NCBI GenBank assembly: GCA_010093605.1
Contig: MU004194.1
Coordinates: forward strand, 68,156-132,155
From: Lophium mytilinum
Lineage: Eukaryota
DNA length: 64,000 bases
Direction: 5' to 3'
The notes beneath the pieces are model-generated. The model did no database searches, was not told where the DNA came from, and was given only the letters and a program-made list of their open reading frames with translations. Below are positions 48,621 through 61,730 of this stretch, in pieces. Position 1 is the stretch's first letter. Every line of letters begins with the position of its first letter. The translations under genes were made by a program, and so were the position numbers.

Positions 48621-49928
48621 ACCTCGATGCGCGCAGGCAGCGAGGGCTGTCGGTGGAGCCAGCAACGGGGTGGTGGGCTGTCGGTGGCCAATTGCAGCCA
48701 CAGTCGCGTGCCTCCAGTGGCTCTATCGACGGATAATGTTATCACCTGCCTGATATCGGCGCCCACTGCCAGCATTGCCCCATCCTGCGCATCGCGTCCT
48801 CCGCGCGGCGGATACAGCTGGGATACACCTTCCGAAACGAAACGATCGCCGACAGGACCGACACGGCGGATTTGGGTCCCATGGCTGGACCTACTGAGAA
48901 GACGTGAGATGCCTTTCGGCCAAGGCGCTGTGTGTCAGGCGATGTGCCCATTTGGTATGGAAGAAAAGTCACGGGGAAATATAATATTTATTGGAAAGAG
49001 GCATGTCAATGCTCCCGTAGGTTTTACGTTGCGTCTGGGTTATGCTCTTCTATACGGGTACTGGTCAAAGACGTTGGCAGCACTGCTGTTTGCTGGCACG
49101 ACGGCGGGTGTACGAACGCCCCTGACGTGACGCGCCTGAGCATGCATGGATTATGCATTAGCGCATCGTATTGAAAAGTAAGGTATCGTATCTTGCGCTG
49201 GTGCAAGCTCGGATTAGCTTGAGGTGGGCGCCCCGGCTATCAGCATTCTGGAAGCTCTGATAGCCTAGCATGGAAATTGAGGCGATTGCTGTGAAGCTCC
49301 CTTTCTGGGCTATTAACGAGCAGGCTTACCTTCAATAGCTAGACAGCTGTTATCCCTCCCTAAAGGGTCCGGAATCGTCACCTCAAACGGCACTTTTATG
49401 GCTTGGCTTGGACGCTGGGTCACCGGACGGAGTAGGGCTCGGCCAAGCTTTGAGGCGCCTATTACGTTCCCGTCTTTGTTATCGGTAGTCGGATCTGCCG
49501 TCAACTTCTTATAACGGTATCGTGGTGGTGAGCATCAGGCATAGATCGGCCGTGACCATGGCGCCACCTTCGTCGCCTACAGCCGCTCGACCATACAGGT
49601 GGCCAGCGTTCCCCCCCCACACCCCTCAATTTCCGCTGAACCCTGGATCCCGGATCCACCGTAAGCCGCCACCAACCATGTCACCTTCCCCAATTAGTTA
49701 ATATGCGGATTGCGCGGAGGCGAGTGTGATTTGCTCGTCGCCAACCCCTCACAAATGGGACAGACGAACCTTATCTTTGATTTGCCGTATCTAGGGCACA
49801 GCCCGAGAGTCCGTGGGGCCGGGTACTCACGGCGCTACTGATGGGGTCGTACAAAGGTAGCTATCTATCCAACCCATCGATCAAGCCTGGTCGCATCCTC
49901 TCTTCATTCTCTCCCCCCCGCCGCAAAC

Positions 49929-51960
49929 ATGAGTCTGAAGCACAACGAACTCGATAATGGAGGTTTTGGTGAGAAACATGTCGCTGCTCCGGAGTTCGGC
50001 AGCGACCCAGAAAGCGGTGCCGTCGAGTCTGGCGAGAACAAGCTGCACCAGGACCTGAAGGGCAGACACATGCAGATGATTGCCATGCAAGTTCCCCACT
50101 CCCTCCTCCGTCGTCGTCTGCTGTGTACTAATTTGTGCTTTTAGTGGTGGTGCAATTGGCGCTGGTCTGTTCGTTGGTTCGGGCAGTGCTTTCCAGACTG
50201 GCGGCCCTGGTTCCGTGCTGCTTGGTTTCATGATTGTTGGTACGTCATACCCGCTATTCGAATTGCGACGCGGTAACTAACATGCTTTTAGGTGGCATGA
50301 TGTAGGCGCATTTGATACGGAAACGCTTTGTCACTATCTAACTCGGTCATTTAGCTACCTCGTGATGCAAGCGCTCGCAGAAATGGCAGTCATGTACCCG
50401 GTCAACGGAGCCTTCACCATGTACATCTGCCGCTTCGTTGATCCGTCCTGGGGATTCGCCTGCGGCTGGCAGTATGCTATCAGCTGGCTCACCGTCCTTC
50501 CTTTTGAGATCTCGGCTGCTTGCAACATCATCCACTACTGGCCCGGATCCAACGGCATCAACAACGCTGCTTGGATCGTCCCACTGCTTTTCGCTTTGGT
50601 TGTCATCCAGTTCTTCGGCGTGAAGGGCTATGGCGAGGTTGAGTTTTTCCTCAGTGTTCTCAAGATCACCGCTTGCACGGGCTTCATTATCCTCGGAATA
50701 ATCATTAACTGCGGCGGCGTTCCCACGGACCACAGAGGCTATATTGGCGCCAAATACTGGTATGCTCAAATCTTTCCTGTGTCTGCCTGCAAGGCTAATA
50801 ACGCAACATAGGCACGACCCTGGTGCATTCCTCAACGGCTTCCACGGCTTTTGCACTGTTTTCGTGACAGCCTCATTCGCCTATACTGGAACTGAACTCA
50901 CTGGTCTGGCTGCGGCCGAGACTGCCAACCCCGCAAAGGAAATTCCCAGAGCTTCCAAGCAAGTTGTTTGGCGTATCGGCTTTTTCTACATCGTCACCCT
51001 CTTCCTTATTGGGTTGAACGTGCCAGCCAACAGCCCCTTGTACTCCGGCGACGGTGCCGAATCCCGTTTCTCACCTTTCGTCATCGCCATTAAGCTCGCC
51101 AACATCAAGGCCCTCCCCTCGATTTTCAACGCTGTTATCTTGATATCCGTCATGAGTGTCGCCAACTCGTGCACTTTCGGCTCCACGCGCACGATGCAGG
51201 CTCTGGCCGCAAATGGTGCGTACACCATTCCACAAATTCTACATAAAAACTAACCTATTACTCAGGCATGGGTCCTAAGCTGTTTGCCTACGTTGACAAG
51301 AAGGGCCGTCCCCTCTCCGTGGTCATCCTCCAACTCCTCTTCGGCTGCATCGCCTTCGTCAACTTGGCACCGAACGGTGGCGATGTTTTCACCTGGCTGC
51401 TATCTTTGTCCGGTCTTTCCATCCTCTTCATCTACGGCAGCATTGCGTTGGCCCACATCCGTTTCCGCCTCGCCTGGTAAGCTCCCCTCCGCACTTTCGG
51501 CTCGCAACTCCCTTACTAACAGATTCGCAGGAAAGCGAACGGTCACTCGCTCGACGAACTTCCCTTCAAAGCCGCCTTCGGCGTCTGGGGCTCCTATCTC
51601 TGCCTGCTCATCAACATCCTCTGCCTGATCGCCCAATTCTACGTCGCGCTGTACCCCGTCGGCGGGCCCAACCTGGATCCCAAGACGTTCTTCGAGCTCT
51701 ACCTCGCCGGCCCGTTCCTCATCGTCCTCTACCTCATGTGGAAGGTCTACAGCTGGTTCGTCCGCCCATCGGACCGCCCGCTATGGGTTGCGGTCAAGGA
51801 CATCGATATCTACTCCGGCATGCGCGAGACGCAGCGCGGTGTCAGCGGTGTGGGTATCTCGGACGAGCAGAGGCGCGCTAGCATCACGGAAATGCAGGGG
51901 GAGAAGAAGAAGAAGGGGCCCGTGGATTACCTGAAGGCGGGCTTCAGGAGTCTCATCTAA
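49929..51960 (+). CDS. Amino-acid permease (APC/YAT, Gap1-like), multi-exon
   Basis: LHQDLKGRHMQMIAI|GGAIGAGLFVGSG, ALAEMAVMYPVNGAF, GYGEVEF, FAYTGTELTGLAAAET, SPFVIA and AHIRFRLAW. Confidence 0.95.
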
Positions 51961-53878
51961 ATTGTTTAGCGAGAATAGTCATCTTTTGCGGAGGCTTGGA
52001 AAGAGGGGTGAGGACGATGATGGGGACTGCCGTTGAGAGAGGCGTCCTCTAGTTAGAGGTGGTCTGGAGCCATAGAGTAGCCACTTGCCTTGGCAGCAGG
52101 GCTTGTAGGGGCTTATATCTCAATGCATTGGTAATAATATTACTATTGTTTTTGTTCTGGTTGGCTGGTGTAGCTCCTGTTCGGTTGGTGTGGTTCCTGT
52201 TAGGGTCTATGCCGCGATGTCCTCTGGGCTAATTTGTAAGGGAAACGCGTTCGCTACCTCGCAATGCTCGGTGAATGCTCGTCTTCCGCGGTGGATGAAA
52301 GCCGTTGCGCGCGCGGCTGCTGAGGGACGCGTAGTAGCTCTATGAACCAAATACGGAACACGCCATCATCCTGGATCTGTCCGGGGTTCGGGTTCGTATA
52401 TGTGCGTCCTCCTAAGTGCGGGCCGTGTCGATTCTGGGGTCCGGGGTAAGCGTGAGGGCACGTGTGTTGCTATTACACATTGTACGTAATATATTAAGCA
52501 AGCTCGATCACGGTGCTCTGTGCATACGAAGTACCCATGAAAGGGATCTTCGTAGAAAGGTGCGGAGGCGGCAACGGATCGAAATTTTAGAGTTGCCCTG
52601 GGTTGCCTAGGGTCACACCACGTGACTGAAATTACATAATGGAGGCATTCGACGTACGATGCGCCTGAGTTGCTCCATGTTGAAGTATTTCTCTGTGATT
52701 TTTCTAGTCATGGGTTGCGCTACTCGATTCAGGGACTGACACTTAGTGAGTGTCTTCAACGTTTCTAATGTGACGTAGGTATTCACTATTATTGTCCGTC
52801 ACGTGCCCAAAGCTCGGACGACTTCCTTCCAAGCATCGGAACCAACCAAACCATCAAGCTCTCGCCAAAACATCCATTCTCAATATTACATCACCTAGTA
52901 TGCCCAGATCCGTATTGTGTAGAGACAACTGAAAAGCATAGCCGAGAGCTGAAAGATCAAGAAGAAATCACGCAAGAGCCTAACCGCCACGTTTGAACCA
53001 CCAAGTCAAGGAACTCCCCCATCTCTATGAGAATGGTGCATCACAGAGCCCAAAACATCGCCCTCAGGGCCATCCCTCGGCGCCATCCTATTCCTAAGCA
53101 ACCCCTCACATTCCTAATAGTCAACCCTATCCCTCGTCTCCTCTTCTCCCCCCATCCCGTTCCCTCCATCCACCCCAAATTAGTCAAGACCTCACCCGTC
53201 TACAATCCTATAACCACCATCTCGCTCTATATCTCGCGCCCAGACCCCCCCCTTGTAAACCTCGCCATCTCCACCCTTTGTCACTCGTTTCGGGCCGCAT
53301 GTTCATCGACCTTTAGGCAGGCACGACATTCGCAGACGAGAGCGGTGATGGGTGGCCCAAGGGCTTCATGGAACCTACCAATCTGGCCGGGTTCGGAGGG
53401 GTGTTTGACCCCGAGATAAGGGTAACCAACGTTTTAATGAATTTGTAGTGGGCAAACTGTGAGGCATGCGTATGTAGCCTGCCTTTCCCCCGTTAGATTT
53501 TGATTACCGCAGTCATCATGACGCAGCGTATAAAACAATCCAACATGGCTTCCCCTCGTATCATAACGAATCCTCCTCCCCTCTCGTCCCATCTCAAACG
53601 CACAACATCACTCACAGGAGAGCACACCCATCATAGAGGATATCAAAAACCCTGGCATTACGCTAGAAAGAAAAGCCTAAGAATCCAGGAACTCCCCCTC
53701 CCTGACCCAGAAACCCAGCCGCCCACATACATGCGCCCGCCATCCCCAATCTCGCGCTCTGAGAGATCCGGGGATGAAATGCATTAAACCACAAACGAGA
53801 AGCTTACGCCTACTCCAATGAGCCACAAGTATCCGTATCCTACAGCAACGCCCCAAACCCACGAGGTCCATCAGAACA

Positions 53879-56800
53879 TCAGCGCCACACGCTCTTCGAC
53901 CCGCCCGTTAAGCTACCCCTGACAGTAGAGCTATTGTTGATGCTGCTGAGACGCATAGGACCCCCGCCACGCAGCGATGCGCCCTCCTTCATGTGGCCTT
54001 CAGGCCCAGCCATCGTGGTGCGCCGCAACGCGCCCTTCATGATAGGCGCGGTGCGTGGGCTCAGCACGCTGCCCTTCCAGTCGCCTTCGCGGTCGCTCTT
54101 GACCATGCGCCGCGCGTGAGAGGCTGTGAAAAGGTTTTCGTTTGGCGGGCTGCCCGAGCTCGCGGCGGTTGGGCTGCGGCGGCGATGGGCGCGGCTCATT
54201 CCACCTTGGCTGGAGAGGGAGTGGCGTTTGATGGCGGAGCGGATCTGGCTTGCCTCCGACTGGTCGACTGTCCATTTCTCCTCGTCCGAGGAGGAGCTGT
54301 TGCCGCCGTTCTCGGTGCGTGCGTTGTCTGAGGAGGCGTTCTCGACCATGTGAAGGGATGAGCGATGGGGTGCGGCGTTTCCGTTCACCTCACGCAATGG
54401 CGAGGAATCATCGTCCGAGGAAGACAATCCGGTGGCTTTCGGGGGTGGAGGCGATCCGTCGTGCTTCTTCAACAAGAAGCCGGTTTGGAAGCGGCTGGAG
54501 CGGGGTTTGGCAACCTCGAGGGTCGATTGTGGTGGTGTCGGGATTGGCGACGAGCTGTGCTGCTCCGGATCTGTCACAAAACTAGGGAGGGTAGGAACTG
54601 GGAGGTCGATAGAGGAGTTGGTAGGAGTGTCTTCGAGCGGTTTTGGTGTAGCTTCAAATTCCTCGAGAGTTCCATCTTCTGTGTCATCTCGCCATCGGAC
54701 TCCTCGCTTCAGACCTTTGCCGGGAGATTTCTTCTTTGGCGTGAATTGGATGGCCTTCTTAGCACCACCAAGCTTCCGGCGTCGCGGGGATGCTTTCATT
54801 GGTGATGACATAACGTGAGGCGCTGCCTCGACGACAGCAGTTAGAGCAATTGGGCGCATAGGCGACGGGCCCATGATATTCACAGGCCTCCTCCTCTTCG
54901 GCGTACCATGCCGCGAAGGAGGAAAAGCTTCCGTGCCTGGAAGCCCACCGTCGGGCTTGATTACTTGAGATGTTGCGTCAGAACAGGCCGCAATCACCTT
55001 CCCTAACACCTTTTTCGCCGATTGTACTGCTTCTTCCTCGTCCATAGTAGCAATCTGGGTGAGTATGGCGACCGTTTCGAAGTGGGCCTGTAAAAGGACT
55101 TGGATGATCGCCGCATCTCCGCCCTTCTCTTGTTCCATGACACTCAGATAGGCTTCTCTGTCGGCATTGGACTTCAGGAGTTCGGCCTCCCGCGTCAAGC
55201 TTGCGATGTCACTTCCTTCTTCGATACCGTCAACTTCGTGCAGCTGTCGTAAGCCAACCTGCAGCGCAGTGTCAAGCGCTCGTTCCCAGTTATTCTTTGT
55301 TAGTCGTTGATGGTAGTGCTGTCGGCTGCCTTCGAGCTCCGCTTGGATCCCTGTTGCTGTCTTGCGCATCGCCACCAGGCCTCGAGGAGGCTCTTCTTCG
55401 TCTCTATTTGCACAAACTGCGTCGAATCCCGCAATCCATGCCTGAATCATGCAGATGCGCCGCTCGATCTGTCGCTGCTTCCTCATCATGTTTGCCCGCT
55501 CCTGTCGTTCGGCCGCTGAATGATCATAAGCGGCTCGTATGCGAATAATAGATTCCCGAGCCAGAGCCTCCCGCTTCTCAGCCACCTTCTTGAACTTCGT
55601 CATTGCACCTGCCTCATAATCCTTTTGTTGGTTCATTAACTCGTCTATCAAGGCGCGCTGCTCGTCGATTTTCTTGAGGTAATCCTTCACGTGGCGATTG
55701 ACGTTGAAAACATTCTTAGTGACCTTGGTTTGGATGTTCTTTGCCCGGTTGGCATATCGCAGGGTGTTCTGGGTCTCATCAAAATGCGCGCTCGAGGGAC
55801 TCACGCAAACGATCATGACTGTGCGACAATTCCCTCCGAGAGAAAACTTGAGAAGCCGGGTAAGTTTCGAGTTCCGGTACGGGACATGGTTTCGTTTTCG
55901 TGGGTCGCATAGTGCGTTGATGCAACTTCCTAAAGCGAGCAGGGACTTGTTGATGTTTGCGCCCTCAAGAAGCCTCTCTCCACGGTTCTTCGTTGCGCTC
56001 GCACGCTCGCTTCCCGCAAGGTCTATTATGCTTAAGGTCGCCATGGTGTGTGGTTCGTTGACGGCAGCGTTGCGGTCTTTGGACGAGACATTGATTTGAA
56101 GGACGGCGTGGGAACGAGATGAGGTCGCGTTGGCTTCTGTGGGCGACATAGTTCGGAACTCGTTGCCTCTCACGATCATGTCCATGACCTCTTGGACCTT
56201 GGTGACTGTCAGCAACCGCCTTTCAGTATAGACAAAGCATACTCACATTCTGAGGCCGATGGCTAGAGAGGCCTGCCACAGAGACGGCCTGATTGGCATC
56301 TTCTCGAAGCATCAACCCCTGTTTGCTTCCACCTGGTACCAGTAGATCGCGGATGGTCTCGTTGTAAATTTCCAGGTACGACAGAGTAACCTCCGTAACT
56401 CGTTGCTCAGACACCTCGCCAATTTTCTCGAAAAGTTCCTGCATAGTCAGAAAGATGATGCCAGGCTGCTGTGACGTTCCGCTATCATTCTGGTCAGCAT
56501 CAGCGCGAAGCAAGATATGGGCCTCCTACTCACGTGATCGTATGCGTCTTTCCACAGCCTGTAGCACCATACGCAAATACGGTGCAGTTGTATCCATCTA
56601 TTACGCTGTCCAGGAGGCCCCTGGTGGTAGCTTCGTAAACATCGCCCTGAGTTGTGTTGTCATCGAAAACGCGGTCGAAGGCAAAGGTCTGGTCCTTGAC
56701 CCTCTTGCCCGTTGGTCCGCCTTGCCTCGAGAATCTTTGCACCGGATTGTCTTCTGGGGGGTCAAAAATCCTATTTCACATGTTAGTTTCAGTGCCCAGG

Positions 56801-57024
56801 TCGGGACGTGATGGGGGTGCGTACAGGCATTTCTCGTCGACCACCTTCAGAACGGGCTTGATTCCTTTCTGGTGGAGCTTTGGTGTAGGGGCGGCGGCGA
56901 GTGATCCATCTCCGAGGAATAATGTCTGGTCGTCGGTCTTCGATAATTGCGCTGCTTCCCTGATGGTAAACGGCCGAACTCGTACGGTGACGGAGATGGA
57001 GGACGCGCCGTCGCTGACGGCCAT
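53879..57024 (-). CDS. kipB: Kinesin-8 family motor (KipB/Kip3/Klp5-6), multi-exon
   Basis: SISVTVRVRPF, P-loop FAYGATGCGKTHT, ANATSSRSHAV, IIDLAGSERASAT, HVPYRNSKLTRLLKFSLGGNC and NTLRYANRAKNI, with the kinesin-8-type neck NVNRHVKDY. Confidence 0.93.
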
Positions 57025-57157
57025 AGTGGTCGCAATTAAATGATGGGATCCGTGTATGTAGCTGGACGTGCTCCAAGTATCGTCGAAGCTCGTTTTGTAG
57101 TGTGGTTAGTGAGTGGTGGGTGCCGGTGTTGGGGAGCTCCTGCTTTCTCGGAGAAAC

Positions 57158-57230
57158 GTAAACATCGGGAAAATAACAGACTGTAGATTTTGGCTAGGCG
57201 CGCCAAGGCTTATCGCTATCACCACGTGAC
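57158..57230. promoter_or_regulatory. Forkhead (GTAAACA) and CACGTGAC motifs upstream of kinesin-8
   Basis: GTAAACA at ~57158 and CACGTGAC at ~57223, 130-200 bp upstream of the ATG. Consistent with, but not proof of, cell-cycle regulation. Confidence 0.35.
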
Positions 57231-57849
57231 TGTTTCAGATCCCCTGTCGTGCTCAAAGCCCGCCTGCCAGACTGCCCACCACAAAACTCTTCGTCCATCT
57301 TCACTATTCAGTGTGAATATACGTCAATAGCCAGATCTGTCATTGCTTATTAGATCATGTAGAATCAATCTCGCCAGATTTGCCATTGAGAGCACTGTAC
57401 AAGGACGAGTGAATCGCCAATGGACATGCGTTGTTGCAGTGTAGGAAACGAGTCCGTACTAGTGAATCCCTGTCTTATTGTTGTTTCTGTTCCCTGAGGT
57501 CTCTTTTCCTCTCGCGTGTATGACATCTATGAAAACTGGGCACAACCTTTGAGCTAGAAACTTGATAACAAAGGATTACTTCACGGCCAGGGCAACGCGT
57601 TCAGAGTGCTTCAAGCAAGTTATATATATATATGTATGAAGAATGTACACATCAGCCACCTTAAGCACCCGCTCGGCTTCATTCTTCCATTGGCACTTCC
57701 TGCCCAATTCTGTGCAACGTAAAGCTGAGGTTGGCACTGATCCGGTCCGACGGCCTGAACCCACACCTGCAACCCGACACAAGGTTCCAGACCATATCGA
57801 CACGATTGCAGCCCTCCAGAAACATGTCATGAATCAATTTAAGGGAAGC

Positions 57850-58566
57850 CTATGCCGTGCAAGTCTGCCAGCCGACATAGACGACCTGCAAAAACTTGGC
57901 ATCAAGGGAGTCCGTAGTCAGGAGGCCCGAGGACGAGGAGTTGGTGCTGGTCAGGCGGACCTGGGAGTTGATGTTGAGCATGCCCTCGGCTCCGCATGGC
58001 GACCAGATGACTGAAGTGCTGTCGGCCTCGTCGTGCTTCAAGTAGTCGCCATTCACTGGGCCCACGAAGTCGTATTCTGTACTAGTCTGGTCATTGGTCA
58101 GCTTGGGAACATCATTTCACCCTGTTGAGAGAAAGTTATGTGTTGCGAAGGAGGGGGATGTTACCTGCTGAGTTTGGCCGGAAAAGTAGTAGGTTGATTT
58201 GAGAACACCGGTTATACCCTTGTCAATCGCAGCGTACCCACGATAGTCCGCGCTGAACACCGAATATTGAAATCCTCCGGGATAAGTGATGTCGACGTTC
58301 AGTTGGCAGTTCTTTCGTTGCTCGATAACTGCAATGCCAGGCCCAATTGATGCGACTTACTCATCGAAGATCAGAGTGACGGTGGTTCTATCATCGGAGA
58401 TAACATAATCAAGAGATCCTTGAGGGCAGCCGGTTCCACCATAGGTAATTGCCTTGATGTGAACCTCGGTTGGATCTGGAGTGCCTGAAGTAACATCTCC
58501 AAGGCTAGGGTTCGTTGGCGCTGCAGCGGCAAGAGGAAGAAGAGCAAGGGCGCGGTAGAACTTCAT
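57850..58566 (-). CDS. Secreted DUF4360-family protein, interrupted by an in-frame TAA (possible pseudogene)
   Basis: Signal peptide MKFYRALALLPLAAAAP; YGGTGCPQGS, TLIFDE*VASIGPG, RKNCQLNV, YRGYA, STYYFSGQ, WSPCG, LNINSQVRL and WQTC. One intron at ~58087-58144. Confidence 0.88.
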
Positions 58567-60688
58567 GATAGTGATTTGAATGGACGGTTCGTTCAATGAG
58601 TAATCGCGTGTCTGAGTTGAGTTGCAGATCGATGAAGTCAGTGTTGCGGATTGAGAGAAGATCGTCCATTGACCATAGGCCTTATATAGGTAAGTCGCTC
58701 CCCATGCCGTGGTGTCTGCTTGATAGCATCTTCGTGTTGAGTCTCCGATAGTTCGACGTCTTGGCGTAGTCTGGACCTGATACCACCTGCCTGTCTTCTT
58801 CACCGTATGCTGTATAATGGGCCCGGCGGGCCGATAATGCTCACAGAAGGAAGCGAAATGCAGGGCTTAGGTGAGTCGCGTGTCTGATATGGAAGTGCCG
58901 GTCTGAGCGTCGACGTCTCCAGGATCTCCATGGAAATCGCAGTTGAAGACCGGGATCGGATGGGTGGACGATTGTGATCTGTCACTGAGAGTTCGTAGAT
59001 CTCCAATCCAAGGATGAAGCCATGCTTTTCTGACGAGGGCTAGGTTATATCGCCCGGGTCTCTGGTGTCCAACTAGATAGGTCATAGGGATGATTCTAAA
59101 TCTTAGTAGGCGAAGAAGCCTCCGCCGCACTAAATCGGCTGTTTCCACGAATGGAAGTCGTAAAATCCAACACGAACAGTGATAGTGTGGAGCAGAGTAG
59201 TAGCCTGTCGAAAGGACACGGATAATATCATATAACTTTGGACGATGGGAAATCGTGCATGTGTTGCTCAGCGCCCGCCATCGATAATTTACTGTGAGTA
59301 ATAAGTTTGGTTCTTGTAAATTGAGATAGATTTGGATGAACACATGGGACTTAGCATTAGAGCCTGTAAATAGAAACAATATGCGCGACTACCGAGCCAG
59401 TGTGCACTACTATCGCAGTAAGGGCCCTTTGATCTTACCAAAGCTCATCAATGCCACTCGTATGTGCAGGATGATATATTTTACAGATTGCTAAAAAGCT
59501 GTATATACCTCGCTAGTAAATTAAAGCACGAGATCCAGAGGTTAGATGGCCAGTTCTCCTAACCCCGGTCGTACATCAAAATGGGGTTGCGTATATTGAT
59601 CTTGAAATTAACCTTAAATTAATGCCTGCCACTTCACCACCAGAAGACCCTCTCAGGGCCCAGATCATCGCTAAGGGGCAGGTCCCATGCAAGGGCAATC
59701 TGAGAGATCTGGCCTGGAAACTAAAAATAACTTCGCTGCGTGTACATACACACCTTCCGCAGGCGCGCATAGTTCCGGGATGTGGGTCTCATTGAGCCCA
59801 AGCGAGGTGGATCTATGTATTAAAGAGTCACAATATGGCGAGTCCAGACCACTGCGGAAGGGTATATCAACAAGCGAGCTCCCTCTACCAAGTGAGTGTG
59901 ATAGATTGCTGTTTCATTGCGTCTGGTATTTCTCGGTCAAGGCGGATGTAAGCAAGCCGAAGGTCGTGTTAGAGCTTCAGATCTTTCAGTACCGATGATC
60001 AAATATAGAGAAGACAGACAAAGGAAGACTCAAGAATGGAGTAGGACGAGGGTTATCAATGATTATTCGAACCAGGTGAAAACACCAAGAATGGTAAATA
60101 AGTCAAAGCGATGTTTCCAATGAATTCGGCAATCCAGTCGATACAGCGATCTAGCCGATAACAGAGCACATGCGGATTCTGAAGGTGTTTGAAAACTCGG
60201 GACCTGAAGCCTTTGAAGTTTGGAAGGAAGTAACGGGCATGCGATCAAGCGCGATATGGAATCATCTTGCTAAGGAAGGAGAGGAAGAGATCCTGAAGGG
60301 ACCGCTCGCGATGAGGGCTGCGGCGAGTGGGACGACTCGCTGATTCCAAAGGCATGTAGGGTAGTCTGCTCGAAGTCCAGCCGTCAACATGCTGACTTGC
60401 GTAGACGAGAGGTTGAAGAGTGAGGCTGAGAGTTGATTCGGAATCTTTCGGTGGCGCAAGCTCCGCCTCGGACCGATTTGTCAACCCCCCGAGTGACGCA
60501 GTGGATCTGGGACCTCACAACGCCATCAACATCTCAAATAACGAGTTCCCTATAAAACATATATCCCTTTGATCGCGCATCCTCTGAGAACTCCATTCAA
60601 CAACTAACTTCAACAAACATCCCCTCAAACCGTCACAGTGAAGCTCTTCTTCGCTGCCGTTGTTTTAGTCTTCACAAGTTACCTCTCT

Positions 60689-61388
60689 ATGTCCTTTATC
60701 TCTCGACTTATTCGACCATTCAGCGCAATGTCTACACCACCCACCCCACAGACCTACCCGGCTGGGTCGCAGACAGCTACTATAGCTGCGGGATGTTTCT
60801 GGGGCGTCGAGCACATCTATCGGAAGACGTTCGCTAGCAAGGGCTTGATTGACGCGAGAGTGGGATACATCGGCGGCGACACCAAGGACCCAAGCTACAG
60901 GAGTGTATGCAGCGGTCGGACAGGACGTAAGTATTACTTATCCAACTATTTGGGTTGCACACACTAACACACAATCTATCAGATGCCGAAGCTCTCCAAG
61001 TTATATATGACCCGGAGAAAGTCACTTATCGCCAATTGCTCGAGTTCTTCTACAAGATGCACGATCCCACCACCGCAAACCGGCAAGGCCCAGACGTCGG
61101 ATCCCAGTACCGGAGTGCTATATTCTACAACAACGAAGAGCAAGAGAAAGTCGCCAAGGACGTGACCTCCAAGGTGAACAAGGAGTGGTGGAAAGGGAAG
61201 GTCGCCACCGAGGTCCTCCCTGCAGGAGAGTGGTGGGATGCGGAGAAGTATCACCAGCGGTATTTGGACATGAGTAAGTCGCCTCATAGTAAAAAAGAAA
61301 TAGAATTATTGCTAATATATGTATAGATCCTTCGGGTTACGAGTGTCCATCCCATTTCATTCGCAAGTTCCCTGCGCTTTCCGAGTGA
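60689..61388 (+). CDS. msrA: Peptide methionine sulfoxide reductase A (3 exons)
   Basis: Catalytic AAGCFWG, plus [43 protein letters not shown] and GYECPSH. Confidence 0.96.
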
Positions 61389-61730
61389 GGATTTACCTCA
61401 GTCTCTGCGTATTTCAATTAGCGATAAAGTTATTACCACAGCTCTTCCGTCCCAATTCTTACCTCAGTGATCACATGAGCCTGGGCTTGGTCTATCATGA
61501 ATTGTTCATCCTGGAGCTAGTTCATTTTATCATTCTAAGATCCATGCTTTTTCCTAACAGTAATAATCGTACCCTACTTCAATCATGCTAGCCCACTATC
61601 CAGCCAAATTCCTTCAATACCGCCATCTTACTCTACTACTGCAAACTTACATCATTCCTACGACCCCCAAATTCCTAAACTTCCAACGCCTCGCTCTCAA
61701 CTCCCCCGCATCCACGCCGTTGCCTACAAT

